Source: a virus
Lineage: Duplodnaviria > Caudoviricetes
Virus record (IMG/VR): IMGVR_UViG_3300021408_000010
Span: 1-44,406 of that record
Direction: 5' to 3' (one strand)
DNA: 44,406 nt
Shown here: piece after piece, positions 18,537 through 26,966 of the stretch
Layout: every line of letters begins with the position of its first letter
Position numbering within the stretch: the first letter of the stretch is position 1
Made by a program: the position numbers and the translations under genes
The notes under the pieces: generated by a model
What the model saw: only the letters and a program-made list of their open reading frames with translations
Databases searched by the model: none
What the model was told of the DNA's origin: nothing

Positions 18537-19384
18537 ATCTCTCATCCGTAAGTGTCACCGCTTTGGGCTCTTCCGAAGACATTGTATTTGGCGTTCGAGA
18601 GCATGGCTCTGGGTGTCGATATTTGGTTCGAGGTATCGTAGGAATTGATGCCGAGGAGCTGGTCCCCAAGTTTTATGGGTTTGGGGCCGAGTCCGGTGAA
18701 AAGTTCTATGAGTACACGATGCCGCCTCGCGATATCGTTATGCGTCTGATTCTTAATCCCTCTTTCCGTACTAACGAGGACGTGTCAGCGATTAGAGATG
18801 ATATTTATCGACTGATTTCTTCCGGAAGGACTGGTCAGCTCTCACTCCAGTTTAATTCCGGTAGCGCTATCGTCTCATCCATCATTGGTAAGGTCACCAA
18901 ATGCGAGGTGGGATATTTCGCACAGACACCTGAGATGCAGGTAACTGTGCACTGTGACGATCCGATGTTTCGGTCGGTTGCTCCTATCGGGTTTTCCCCG
19001 GCGGAACTTCCGTCAGTTAATCCAGTGCCTCTCGTTGATGATGCATCGACCGCGCCGCATGGGCTCAGCTTCAAGGTTAAGTTCACCGCGACCACGTCGA
19101 CCTTCGTTATCCAAGACGCTGCCTCTTCGCCTGATTGGGTGTTCCAGGTCACGCCTCCTACTAACTTCCTTACTAATGATGAACTCCATTTCTCGAGTCA
19201 GTATGGGGCTAAGAGGATATTCTGGAACAAGGCAATCGGTACCGATATCGAACTCATGGATAAGGTTATCTCTGGTTCTGTTTGGCCACAGATATTTCCA
19301 GGCATGAATGAACTATATTTCCTACAGATCGCCAACTTTGACTGGCTGGAGTTGAATTATTATTCTACTTTCTGGGGGTTGTGA
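18533..19384 (+). CDS. distal tail (Dit)-like minor tail protein
   Basis: Directly after tape measure; C.DP.F and terminal W..I.PG.N.L motifs. Confidence 0.7.
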   Translation: MNLSSVSVTALGSSEDIVFGVREHGSGCRYLVRGIVGIDAEELVPKFYGFGAESGEKFYEYTMPPRDIVMRLILNPSFRTNEDVSAIRDDIYRLISSGRTGQLSLQFNSGSAIVSSIIGKVTKCEVGYFAQTPEMQVTVHCDDPMFRSVAPIGFSPAELPSVNPVPLVDDASTAPHGLSFKVKFTATTSTFVIQDAASSPDWVFQVTPPTNFLTNDELHFSSQYGAKRIFWNKAIGTDIELMDKVISGSVWPQIFPGMNELYFLQIANFDWLELNYYSTFWGL

Positions 19385-20478
19385 TGGATCTTATCAAACT
19401 GTCTTCCACAACGGCCCAACCGACTCAGCTGAGTGTTGGTGAAGCAATTAATGGCCATAAGAGTGCTCTGTGGGTCGAGCGATACAGAGATCCTGGAGAG
19501 TTCAAGATCGAAGCTCCCTTAAGCAGCGGATTGGTTTCGTTCTTACCAATCGACACGTTTATCACTCATTTGAACACCTCTGTCGTGATGGTAGTGGAAA
19601 ACCATTTCATTAAGCAACCTAAGGACGAAGATCCCACCGTTGAGATCACTGGTAGATGTCTAACCAGTTACTTCGAGAACAGAACTGTCGGCGATTATCA
19701 AGCATTCGCTACCAGTGAAATCCAAGACATTGTTCTCGCTTCCGATCAGACATGGGATCAGGTCGTAACCCTTATCGACGACCACGTGATTACTCCGACG
19801 GATACGAACGACGACCTTGTGGGTACGGCAGTAAACCATACCTGCACAGGCGCCGCGACATCCGAAGAGAGAACACTGAGGCCTTCGGAGCTACATGGCG
19901 CGATTCTCGATATCCTAAAGGTCGACGACCTTGGCATAAAGACAGTCCGTCCCACCGCAGCGGATCCTTTGACATATTTCACTGTTTATCGCGGTGATAA
20001 TGTGTCCACCAAGGTTCGGTTCTCGTGGATGCGAGGCGACCTTGAGAATGTGGAGTATTTCTTCAGTAACAAGAAGCTGAAGACACAAGCACGAGTTATG
20101 GGTAGATGGATCCAGGTGGTTGTGAATCCTACTGGCGCGGATAACTATGATCGACGCACAATGATCATCGACGCCAGCTTCTGGGATGAGCGACTTACTG
20201 CATATCCGTCCGGAGGCGTCCTTACGCTCTATATGGCAGCAATGACCATCATGGGTAGACAAGCACTCGCCGCGCAGAAGAAGGTATCCATTACACAAGC
20301 AGATGTGTCCGATAGTGCTACTATGCGATTCCGTCGCGATTACGATATTGGCGACTTGGTGACTGTCGATGGCGATTTTGGTGCATCAACGGTTATGCGT
20401 GTTGTTGAATTCGCGGAAGTTGACGATGAATCGGGTACTAGCGGACATCCAACACTAGCGATTCCAGGAGAGTACTGA
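19384..20478 (+). CDS. minor tail hub protein (ReqiPepy6 Gp37-like)
   Basis: SALWVERY.DPGEF.I...RDYDIGDLVTV....RV.E; follows Dit. Start 19381 or 19384. Confidence 0.75.
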   Translation: MDLIKLSSTTAQPTQLSVGEAINGHKSALWVERYRDPGEFKIEAPLSSGLVSFLPIDTFITHLNTSVVMVVENHFIKQPKDEDPTVEITGRCLTSYFENRTVGDYQAFATSEIQDIVLASDQTWDQVVTLIDDHVITPTDTNDDLVGTAVNHTCTGAATSEERTLRPSELHGAILDILKVDDLGIKTVRPTAADPLTYFTVYRGDNVSTKVRFSWMRGDLENVEYFFSNKKLKTQARVMGRWIQVVVNPTGADNYDRRTMIIDASFWDERLTAYPSGGVLTLYMAAMTIMGRQALAAQKKVSITQADVSDSATMRFRRDYDIGDLVTVDGDFGASTVMRVVEFAEVDDESGTSGHPTLAIPGEY

Positions 20479-20479
20479 T

Positions 20480-20875
20480 ATGGCTGTAACTCTACGTAAT
20501 AAGACGTATGACAAGCTGAAGCATGTAACTCAAGTGGTCCTGCCCGCGGTTGGCTCTCTATATTTCGGCCTTTCTGCAATCTGGGGACTTCCTGCCGGTG
20601 AAGAGGTGGTTGGTACGCTTGCGCTGCTGACGACTTTCGGTGGTGTTACGCTCCTCGTGAGTACCAAGAACTACAACCCGGATATTCCGGAATCTAATCC
20701 CAACTTTGCTGGGGATTTCATTGTCGACACCACGCCTGAGGGTAAGAAGGTCGTCCAGCTCGCTCTGGCACGCGATCCTCGGGATATTGTCGACAACGAG
20801 GCGCTCGTCTTCAGAGCGGTCGACACCAGCAAGGAAGAGCAGAACGAGCAGTTCTGGGATAATCCCGCGGAATAA
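20480..20875 (+). CDS. holin (Dp-1 family) with soluble C-terminal extension
   Basis: NKTYD.LK...QVVLPA.G.LYF.LS.IWGLP..EEVVGT...FGG..L.VST..YN; two TM segments. Confidence 0.8.
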   Translation: MAVTLRNKTYDKLKHVTQVVLPAVGSLYFGLSAIWGLPAGEEVVGTLALLTTFGGVTLLVSTKNYNPDIPESNPNFAGDFIVDTTPEGKKVVQLALARDPRDIVDNEALVFRAVDTSKEEQNEQFWDNPAE

Positions 20876-20891
20876 ACATCCTCTATAATGA
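20866..20891 (+). promoter_or_regulatory. repeated promoter-like motif, copy 1
   Basis: CGC-GGAATAA-ACA-TCCTC-TATAATGA, upstream of 20913. Confidence 0.75.
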
Positions 20892-20912
20892 GAGCATAGA
20901 GAGGATGCACTG

Positions 20913-21197
20913 ATGGTTAATATTTTCCAGAAGAACCCGTCCAAGCTCGACGAACCTATTGATAAGGTTCTGACTCGTATGAAGGACCTTGAGCCTGACT
21001 CCGAGGAGTACAAGAAGTTACTGACCACCCTAGACAAGTTGATGGAGCTGCAGAGCGAAGAGCAAAGCAGCCAATTCAGCCCGGATACGGTGCTCAATGT
21101 AGCGGGCAGTCTTCTGGAAGTCTTGCTCATCGTCGCATACGAGCAGAAGCACGTCATGGTGTCGAAGGGTCTTGGGCGATTTCGTCGGAATAAGTAA
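20913..21197 (+). CDS. hypothetical protein
   Basis: GAGG RBS; 94 aa between a motif copy and a long hairpin. Confidence 0.75.
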   Translation: MVNIFQKNPSKLDEPIDKVLTRMKDLEPDSEEYKKLLTTLDKLMELQSEEQSSQFSPDTVLNVAGSLLEVLLIVAYEQKHVMVSKGLGRFRRNK

Positions 21198-21220
21198 ACC
21201 GAAATAGTCCCCGATATGAA

Positions 21221-21278
21221 CGAAAACTCAGAAGCTGTGTGAGATGCAATACAATCCTGCATGGCTTCTGAGTTTTCG
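21221..21278. terminator. long inverted repeat, probable terminator
   Basis: CGAAAACTCAGAAGC (21221-35) / GCTTCTGAGTTTTCG (21264-78), perfect 15 bp, just after the 21197 stop. Confidence 0.65.
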
Positions 21279-21302
21279 CGGGATTTACATCGGATATAAA
21301 AA
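21277..21302 (+). promoter_or_regulatory. degenerate motif copy
   Basis: CGC-GGGATTT-ACA-TCGGA-TATAAAAA; same spacing, last bases differ. Confidence 0.5.
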
Positions 21303-21484
21303 ATTTGCGATTTTCCGAAAAAACACCCCTCTATATGGCTGTATAAGGGCCTCCAGAGGGTATAAATGGGTCATTATACCCGGTAGAGCACGAAACGTCT
21401 TAGAACGCGAAATAGAGCCCTATCCGGCTAAATGGGCATTTCTAATGTAAAAAATACCCGGGGGGAAGGTTTCTGAGAACAATT

Positions 21485-21510
21485 CGCTGTATTTACATGC
21501 CATATAATGA
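21485..21510 (+). promoter_or_regulatory. promoter-like motif, copy 2
   Basis: CGC-TGTATTT-ACA-TGCCA-TATAATGA. Confidence 0.8.
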
Positions 21511-21533
21511 GAACTAATCACAAAGGAGCCAAG

Positions 21534-21737
21534 ATGTTGAATCGACAGATCACGGTCGGCTTTGAGAAGAGCAAGAAGGACAAGACCATTTCTGATGACG
21601 GCTCCACAATCGAGATCCACTACGCTACGGCGCGGAAGGCTTTCGAGGGTGGTAGCCTGAAGATCATGAAGATGGTCGCTACCTACGTCGCTCTCGACAC
21701 CGCCCGAAAGGTTGTTGTTAACAGACTGTCCAAGTGA
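21534..21737 (+). CDS. hypothetical protein (67 aa)
   Basis: AAAGGAG RBS before ATG 21534; lies between a motif copy and a hairpin. Confidence 0.75.
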   Translation: MLNRQITVGFEKSKKDKTISDDGSTIEIHYATARKAFEGGSLKIMKMVATYVALDTARKVVVNRLSK

Positions 21738-21742
21738 TATTC

Positions 21743-21775
21743 AAAGCCTCGACCCCGCCAAGGGGTTTAGGTTTT
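21743..21775 (+). terminator. probable intrinsic terminator
   Basis: AAAGCCT-CG-ACCCC-GCCAA-GGGGT-TT-AGGTTTT hairpin after the stop. Confidence 0.55.
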
Positions 21776-21801
21776 CGCAACATTTACACGCCCTATAATG
21801 A
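21776..21801 (+). promoter_or_regulatory. promoter-like motif, copy 3
   Basis: CGC-AACATTT-ACA-CGCCC-TATAATGA. Confidence 0.8.
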
Positions 21802-21925
21802 GAGGGGGTAAGACACGAAGGTGTTGGGACGTTTCCCAACCTACCCGGTGGAGCACTGCTTGCGAGCATCCCATCAATCACGATTTTCGTTGGGTCGTGA
21901 ACCCTAGCCTCTCATTTTCTTTTTT
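21797..21925 (+). ncRNA. candidate stand-alone structured small RNA (~125 nt)
   Basis: Closing stem AATGAGAGG/CCTCTCATT, internal hairpins (GTTGGGA/TCCCAAC, TGCT/AGCA, TCACGAT/GTCGTGA), then a T-rich tract; own motif upstream; no ORF. Confidence 0.6.
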
Positions 21926-21940
21926 CGTTTTGGAGGCATA

Positions 21941-22198
21941 ATGACCAAATTTATAATTCGTCAACCGGCTGGTGAAAACACTAGATTTCATCGTACTGCT
22001 TTTGATAAGCAAGTCAACAAAGAAATCAGAGTCAATATGCCGAACGGCGATTCAACCATGGCTAAACTGATTTTCGCCGATGTTGCTGCGGACGGAACGT
22101 TCGTTGAACTTGGGTTTGAAACCGACGATTCAGGAGACGTAATCACTGGATTGATTGAATCGCATAACCACCACAAGGAGACTAACAATAATGCGTAA
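21941..22198 (+). CDS. hypothetical protein
   Basis: GGAGG RBS; 85 aa. Confidence 0.7.
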   Translation: MTKFIIRQPAGENTRFHRTAFDKQVNKEIRVNMPNGDSTMAKLIFADVAADGTFVELGFETDDSGDVITGLIESHNHHKETNNNA

Positions 22199-22838
22199 GT
22201 TGATGTTGATTCTGGCTCCGCTCATTCTGACGGCGTGTGTCGCATGCGAACCTACCCCACCCCCGTCCTATCCCGCGCAGCGTCCGGGCACAGTTCACTT
22301 CGAAGGTGATTCGGTGACCTGGAACACCTATTACGGGACCGGTGTTGCATATCCCGGTACATCCGGCGAATGGGCTCCGGGTAACCGCATTGACCTGAGC
22401 CCATGGGGTGGCGCGGGCATGGCTACTATTGATCGCCTGCCCAAGGATCTTGCCGCCGGTAAGGTCGACAAGCTTGTTTGGGGACTGGGTCTGAACGAGA
22501 TCGGTTCCCAGCATGAGTGGACCGTTAAGCATCAGCTGATGTGGTACGACATGCTCATCAATCATGTGCCCGAGGAAACCTGCATCGTCATGGTCCTTCC
22601 TTGGGTACTCCCCGCAGATTGGCCTAATCGCCCTCTGCAAGAGATCATGGATCTGCGAGTCTGGATCCAGAACCTTGCCATGGATCATCCGAACATCGTC
22701 TTGGTGGATTGGCGTCCCATCCTCGAGGCGAATCCTCATTTTTCTGCTGCGGACGGAGTCCACATCGACCCGGAAACGGGTGGGGCTGAGGCTCGAGATT
22801 CCATGTACCGCGGCGGGCTGGCGCACTGTGGACCCTAG
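22191..22838 (+). CDS. lipoprotein with SGNH/GDSL hydrolase domain
   Basis: Signal/lipobox MRKLMLILAPLILTAC(VAC); blocks GDSV, GLGLNE, DGVH; AAGGAG RBS before ATG 22191. Confidence 0.8.
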   Translation: MRKLMLILAPLILTACVACEPTPPPSYPAQRPGTVHFEGDSVTWNTYYGTGVAYPGTSGEWAPGNRIDLSPWGGAGMATIDRLPKDLAAGKVDKLVWGLGLNEIGSQHEWTVKHQLMWYDMLINHVPEETCIVMVLPWVLPADWPNRPLQEIMDLRVWIQNLAMDHPNIVLVDWRPILEANPHFSAADGVHIDPETGGAEARDSMYRGGLAHCGP

Positions 22839-22963
22839 GCACGACGACGATTGGAATAAGATGCAAACGGCTATCGTCGTTTTGATCTTTCTCGTCGGAG
22901 CTTTATATTTAACCCTTCTATATCACATTCAAGCCCCGTGGCTTTATAAATAAGGAGTTCGAC

Positions 22964-23218
22964 ATGAGCATTAATCTTCCGGACGACTTCGCGGAGAATC
23001 TTCAACAGATCGCAGCCACCTTTCGAGAGCTGGAGCGAACGATCCTCTTTGGATGGCCGCATAACGAATACCCCACCGAGACCGAAGCAAACACAATCGT
23101 TGCTGTCTGGCATGAGTTGTCGATGCAACATCATACCTGCGGCCTCGACGAATCCGAGCGTTGGTACCTCGCCGGTCAGATCGTTGCTAGGATCAAGCGG
23201 GATGTGAAGGTTGATTAG
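22964..23218 (+). CDS. hypothetical protein
   Basis: TAAGGAG RBS; 84 aa. Confidence 0.65.
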   Translation: MSINLPDDFAENLQQIAATFRELERTILFGWPHNEYPTETEANTIVAVWHELSMQHHTCGLDESERWYLAGQIVARIKRDVKVD

Positions 23219-23425
23219 ATGGCTGGGTACGTTGTCAGTTCAGAGACACACAGTGAGATACCCTTCAACCTAGGGGATCCAAACATCGTATCGACCATAG
23301 TGACACGTAGTGATGATCGACGCGTAATCACTCTTCAGCTTGACGGCGACGAACTAGCCGCCGCGCTGTGGGGGCTGAAGGAATACCGTAAACCACTATT
23401 TGATTGGGAGAATAATCATGCGTAA
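23219..23425 (+). CDS. hypothetical protein
   Basis: Abuts the upstream stop; 68 aa. Confidence 0.55.
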   Translation: MAGYVVSSETHSEIPFNLGDPNIVSTIVTRSDDRRVITLQLDGDELAAALWGLKEYRKPLFDWENNHA

Positions 23426-23540
23426 TAAGTATAAGTTCCGCAATTTCCTGTTCGACGCCTTCATGGTCTGCTTCACCAGCGGATTCTGGCTGATCTGGAT
23501 CTTCTGCCGCGAGTCCCGGGGTCGCCAGCGGTGTTTCTAA
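23418..23540 (+). CDS. small membrane protein (40 aa, not in ORF track)
   Basis: GGGAG RBS; MRNKYKFRNFLFDAFMVCFTSGFWLIWIFCRESRGRQRCF; one TM segment. Confidence 0.6.
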   Translation: MRNKYKFRNFLFDAFMVCFTSGFWLIWIFCRESRGRQRCF

Positions 23541-23836
23541 CCCCAGCATTTCAGGATGTCCTGTATTTCATGCAGGCCTGGAAGATCGTTAGCAAGTTCC
23601 GTGATATTCTCGATAACGAAAACATAGCTCCGCATTGGTTGAGAAAGGATCTGGGCAAGATCCACACTCTTATTCAATTTCATCGTTATTGGGAAGATTA
23701 TGTAAACAAAGCAACGAATAGCGTTCAAGAAAGAAAGTTCCTTAACGAAGAGGGAAGGAGATTGCTAGAGTTACTACTCCATGACAGTAGATATCGCGCT
23801 TTATCATGGGAGATGTGGAGGTCCGTTGAATGCTAG
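23531..23836 (+). CDS. hypothetical protein
   Basis: 101-aa ORF overlapping the previous stop; start uncertain. Confidence 0.45.
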   Translation: MFLTPAFQDVLYFMQAWKIVSKFRDILDNENIAPHWLRKDLGKIHTLIQFHRYWEDYVNKATNSVQERKFLNEEGRRLLELLLHDSRYRALSWEMWRSVEC

Positions 23837-23968
23837 CGTTTCGAAAGTTTCTCCACTTCATATATCTGTCGCATTCATTGGCTTCGATCCTGTATCGAGT
23901 TGATAACGCTAGTTCGGATCAGGCCGTGGAATGCAGTCCTGTGACTTGGGATACGAAAGCCCTATGGG

Positions 23969-24676
23969 ATGAGGATTATGAATCATATTCGTAAAGGGCT
24001 GAAAGAGAATTCCTCCCTGATTCTCACAGTGGGGACCGGCGTAGGGATTCTTACTACCGCATATTTGGCAGGCAAAGCTTCATTCGCAGCCGCCCGCGTG
24101 TTGGATAGAGAAGATCCTTATTTGGATCCACGAGAGAAGGTGAAGCTTGTCTGGAGACTCTACATCCCCACAGGTGCATCCGCAGCAGCTACAATTGTTT
24201 GTGTGGCCGGAGTCAGACACGTCGACGCCCGAAAGGTGTTGGCTGGACAGACAGCTCTTGCGGTGTCGCAACGAGCTTACGAAGGCTACCGCGAACAAGT
24301 CATCGCAGAGCTAGGCGATAAGAAGGATCAACTATTCGTCGCCAAGGCTACCGAGAAGCGCATCAACGAAGGTCCTCCGCCAGTCATTGTTGCTGGTTCA
24401 GGATCGGTCTTGTGTTACGAGGCTTACTCCGGTCGATACTTCATGAGCGACATGGAGACTCTTAATCGAGCCGTTAATGAGATTAATTCGAAGCTGAACA
24501 AGCACGACTACGCGACCCTGGACGACTTCTACTATCTGATTGATCTGGAAAACACCATGTCTTCCGGACAATCGGGTTGGGAATCCGCCAAACTTATGGA
24601 GCTCGAGTATTCGTCTGTGCTTCATAAGGGCAAGCCTTGTCTGGCATTCAGTTACAATTATGTAATGTCATTCTAG
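23969..24676 (+). CDS. conserved phage protein (DUF6353-like), paralog A
   Basis: N-terminal hydrophobic ILT.G..VG..TTAYLA; C-terminal N.IN..L.....L.DFY..L...GW, shared with 26043..26957. Confidence 0.7.
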   Translation: MRIMNHIRKGLKENSSLILTVGTGVGILTTAYLAGKASFAAARVLDREDPYLDPREKVKLVWRLYIPTGASAAATIVCVAGVRHVDARKVLAGQTALAVSQRAYEGYREQVIAELGDKKDQLFVAKATEKRINEGPPPVIVAGSGSVLCYEAYSGRYFMSDMETLNRAVNEINSKLNKHDYATLDDFYYLIDLENTMSSGQSGWESAKLMELEYSSVLHKGKPCLAFSYNYVMSF

Positions 24677-24677
24677 T

Positions 24678-24703
24678 CGCAGCATTTACACACCCTATAG
24701 TGA
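24678..24703 (+). promoter_or_regulatory. promoter-like motif, copy 4
   Basis: CGC-AGCATTT-ACA-CACCC-TATAGTGA. Confidence 0.75.
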
Positions 24704-24730
24704 GAAGTTCACTTTACAAGGAGAACTAAG

Positions 24731-24901
24731 ATGGATGACGAAATTGTTGTCACGGATACCGTTAGCGACGAAACGTCGTCGGTCCCGCATCAGCTCGGCA
24801 AGCATGTTGTCGGCGGCCTCGCCGCCTTCGCTGCTTCCAAGCTGGCGGACCGCGCTTACGACGCAACGCTCCGGGCCATTCGCAACCGCAGGTCTTCGTA
24901 A
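24731..24901 (+). CDS. small protein (56 aa, not in ORF track)
   Basis: AAGGAG RBS; MDDEIVVTDTVSDETSSVPHQLGKHVVGGLAAFAASKLADRAYDATLRAIRNRRSS; between a motif copy and a terminator. Confidence 0.7.
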   Translation: MDDEIVVTDTVSDETSSVPHQLGKHVVGGLAAFAASKLADRAYDATLRAIRNRRSS

Positions 24902-24916
24902 TACCAACTTCCACCC

Positions 24917-24946
24917 AAAGGGGGCCCTAACCGGGGCTTCCTTTTT
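24917..24946 (+). terminator. intrinsic terminator
   Basis: AAAGGGGGCCC-TAACC-GGGGCTTCCTTTTT. Confidence 0.7.
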
Positions 24947-24969
24947 GTCTCGATTGAAGAGGAAACGGA

Positions 24970-25410
24970 ATGCTTAAGCGAAATATCACGTACAAGGACT
25001 TCGAGGGCGACGTCCGAGATGAGATCCACTACTTCAACTTGACCGGCGCAGAGCTGGTTGAGATGGAAGTGTCGGAAGAGCAGGGTCTCGAGGCTGCTAT
25101 CAAGCGAATCGTCGCTGCTGGAGACAAGAAGCAGCTGATCCAGGAGTTCAAGAAGATCATTCTGGCTTCGTACGGCGAGAAGTCTGAGGACGGTCGCCAT
25201 TTCATGAAGTCGGATGAGATCCGGAATCGCTTCGCCTGCTCCGCCGCTTACAGTTCGTTGTTCTTGGACCTGGCTACGAACGAGGATGCGGGGGCCAAGT
25301 TCATCAAGGGCGTTCTCCCCGAGGAGTTTCTTGCCTCGCTCAAGGATCAGGACAAGCCGACGGGTCTGCCACGTATCGGCCCCAAGCCGCCCCTTCCCCC
25401 CAGCATCTAA
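24970..25410 (+). CDS. conserved hypothetical protein
   Basis: MLK..ITY.DF.G..R.E..YFNLT.AEL...YGEKSEDGR.F.KS; GAGG RBS. Confidence 0.75.
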   Translation: MLKRNITYKDFEGDVRDEIHYFNLTGAELVEMEVSEEQGLEAAIKRIVAAGDKKQLIQEFKKIILASYGEKSEDGRHFMKSDEIRNRFACSAAYSSLFLDLATNEDAGAKFIKGVLPEEFLASLKDQDKPTGLPRIGPKPPLPPSI

Positions 25411-25422
25411 TAAGGAGCCCAG

Positions 25423-26046
25423 ATGGATTATCAAGGGAATTCTAAGAAAGATAAAGAAGATAAGGTCATTCCGCCTAAGAAAAACCTTGAGAAGATCATC
25501 ACAGGCGAAGCTACTGTAAAGCAGAAGACCCTGGTCTCCAGAGCCAAGAACATTGTCTTTGGTGGGGATGCTAAGACAGCAGCTACCTACGTGGTTTCCG
25601 AGGTGCTACTGCCCGCGGTCCGAAACCTCGTCGTGGAGATGGTGTCAAAGGGCACTGATCGGCTCATGTACGGCGAGAACGCGTCCCGTCGGCGGACAGC
25701 TAGCTACGGCTCGAGGGTCTCATACAACAATCCGATTAACCGATCCACTCAGGGCCGGGGATATTTGCCGGATCAGAGACCCATTGATCGGTGGACTCAG
25801 GGGCGGAAGGCTTTCGATGACGTCATTCTCGCATCCAAGTCGGATGCTGAGGCTGTGGTCGAAGGGCTTATCAATATCGTCGATAAGTACGAAATTGCAT
25901 CTGTTGCCGACTTGTACGAGCTTCTAGGACTCCCTTCGAGTCATGTGGACAACAAGTGGGGATGGACGCACCTTTCGGGTGTCGACGTCCAACAGGTTCG
26001 AGAAGGTTATCAAATCTCGTTCCCACCTTTGGAGGAGATCTCATGA
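25423..26046 (+). CDS. conserved hypothetical protein
   Basis: TAAGGAG RBS; C-terminal ASVADLYEL.G......DNKWGWT. Confidence 0.75.
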   Translation: MDYQGNSKKDKEDKVIPPKKNLEKIITGEATVKQKTLVSRAKNIVFGGDAKTAATYVVSEVLLPAVRNLVVEMVSKGTDRLMYGENASRRRTASYGSRVSYNNPINRSTQGRGYLPDQRPIDRWTQGRKAFDDVILASKSDAEAVVEGLINIVDKYEIASVADLYELLGLPSSHVDNKWGWTHLSGVDVQQVREGYQISFPPLEEIS

Positions 26047-26957
26047 ACAAAGCAGTGATCAATGTGATCACCCGGAGGGCATTGCCCGCATTGACCCAGC
26101 GAGCCGGCCGTCAGAAGTTGGTTCTGAGGAAGCAGTCCCCGCATATCTTCTTCGCCGCGGGAGTTGTTGGTTCGGTTGCTAGTACGGTTCTGGCCTGCCG
26201 AGCCACCCTCAGCCTACCCGCAACCCTCGAGGAGATTGAGACGGACCTCGGGTATCTTCGGGAAATCAAGCAGGAACCACGCGTTATCGACGAAGGCTCT
26301 ACCACCCATTACACGGAGAAGGAGCTTCATCGGGACGCGTTCTATATCTACGTCAAAGCTGCCGGTAAGCTCGGTCGCTTGTATGGTCCTTCCGTCACAG
26401 TGGGCGTGCTTTCGCTCGCCGCGCTGACCGGATCTCATGTGACCATGGCTCGTCGTAATACTTCGCTCATGGCGGCATACGCTGCTGTGGCCAAGGCGTA
26501 CGACGACTACCGCGGGCGAGTTGCGACCGAGCTTGGTGCGGAGAAGGAGCGCGATCTCTATCACGCCAAGGTGTCCGCTAACACCAACGAGCAGGGTGAT
26601 GAAGTTGCTGTCGTAGACTCCAACAGATGGTCCCCATATGCGAAGTTCTTTGACGAGACTTCACCGAACTGGGAAAAGCATGCCGAGTTTAACCGACTGT
26701 TCCTTGTGTGCCAGCAGAACTACGCAAATGATATTCTGCAAGCCCGAGGTCATCTGTTTCTGAACGAAGTGTACGACATGCTCGGGATCGAACGGACGCA
26801 AGCAGGAGCCGTTGTCGGTTGGGTCATCAGTAAGAAGGGTGATAACTTCGTTGACTTCGGTATGTACGAAGCAGTTAGTGCCCAATTCATCAACGGCTGG
26901 GAGCCTCGTGTCATCCTAGATTTTAATGTTGATGGCGTCATCTACGACAAGATCTAG
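26043..26957 (+). CDS. conserved phage protein (DUF6353-like), paralog B
   Basis: GGAGGAG RBS before ATG 26043; SP.I....GVVG....VLACRAT and GHLFLNEVYDMLG...GW...LDFNVDG. Confidence 0.75.
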   Translation: MNKAVINVITRRALPALTQRAGRQKLVLRKQSPHIFFAAGVVGSVASTVLACRATLSLPATLEEIETDLGYLREIKQEPRVIDEGSTTHYTEKELHRDAFYIYVKAAGKLGRLYGPSVTVGVLSLAALTGSHVTMARRNTSLMAAYAAVAKAYDDYRGRVATELGAEKERDLYHAKVSANTNEQGDEVAVVDSNRWSPYAKFFDETSPNWEKHAEFNRLFLVCQQNYANDILQARGHLFLNEVYDMLGIERTQAGAVVGWVISKKGDNFVDFGMYEAVSAQFINGWEPRVILDFNVDGVIYDKI

Positions 26958-26966
26958 GAGAGGACC

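Noticed and set aside
24735-24977. 80-aa ORF from the track
   Set aside because: Runs through a terminator; the 24731..24901 frame fits the RBS and cassette better.
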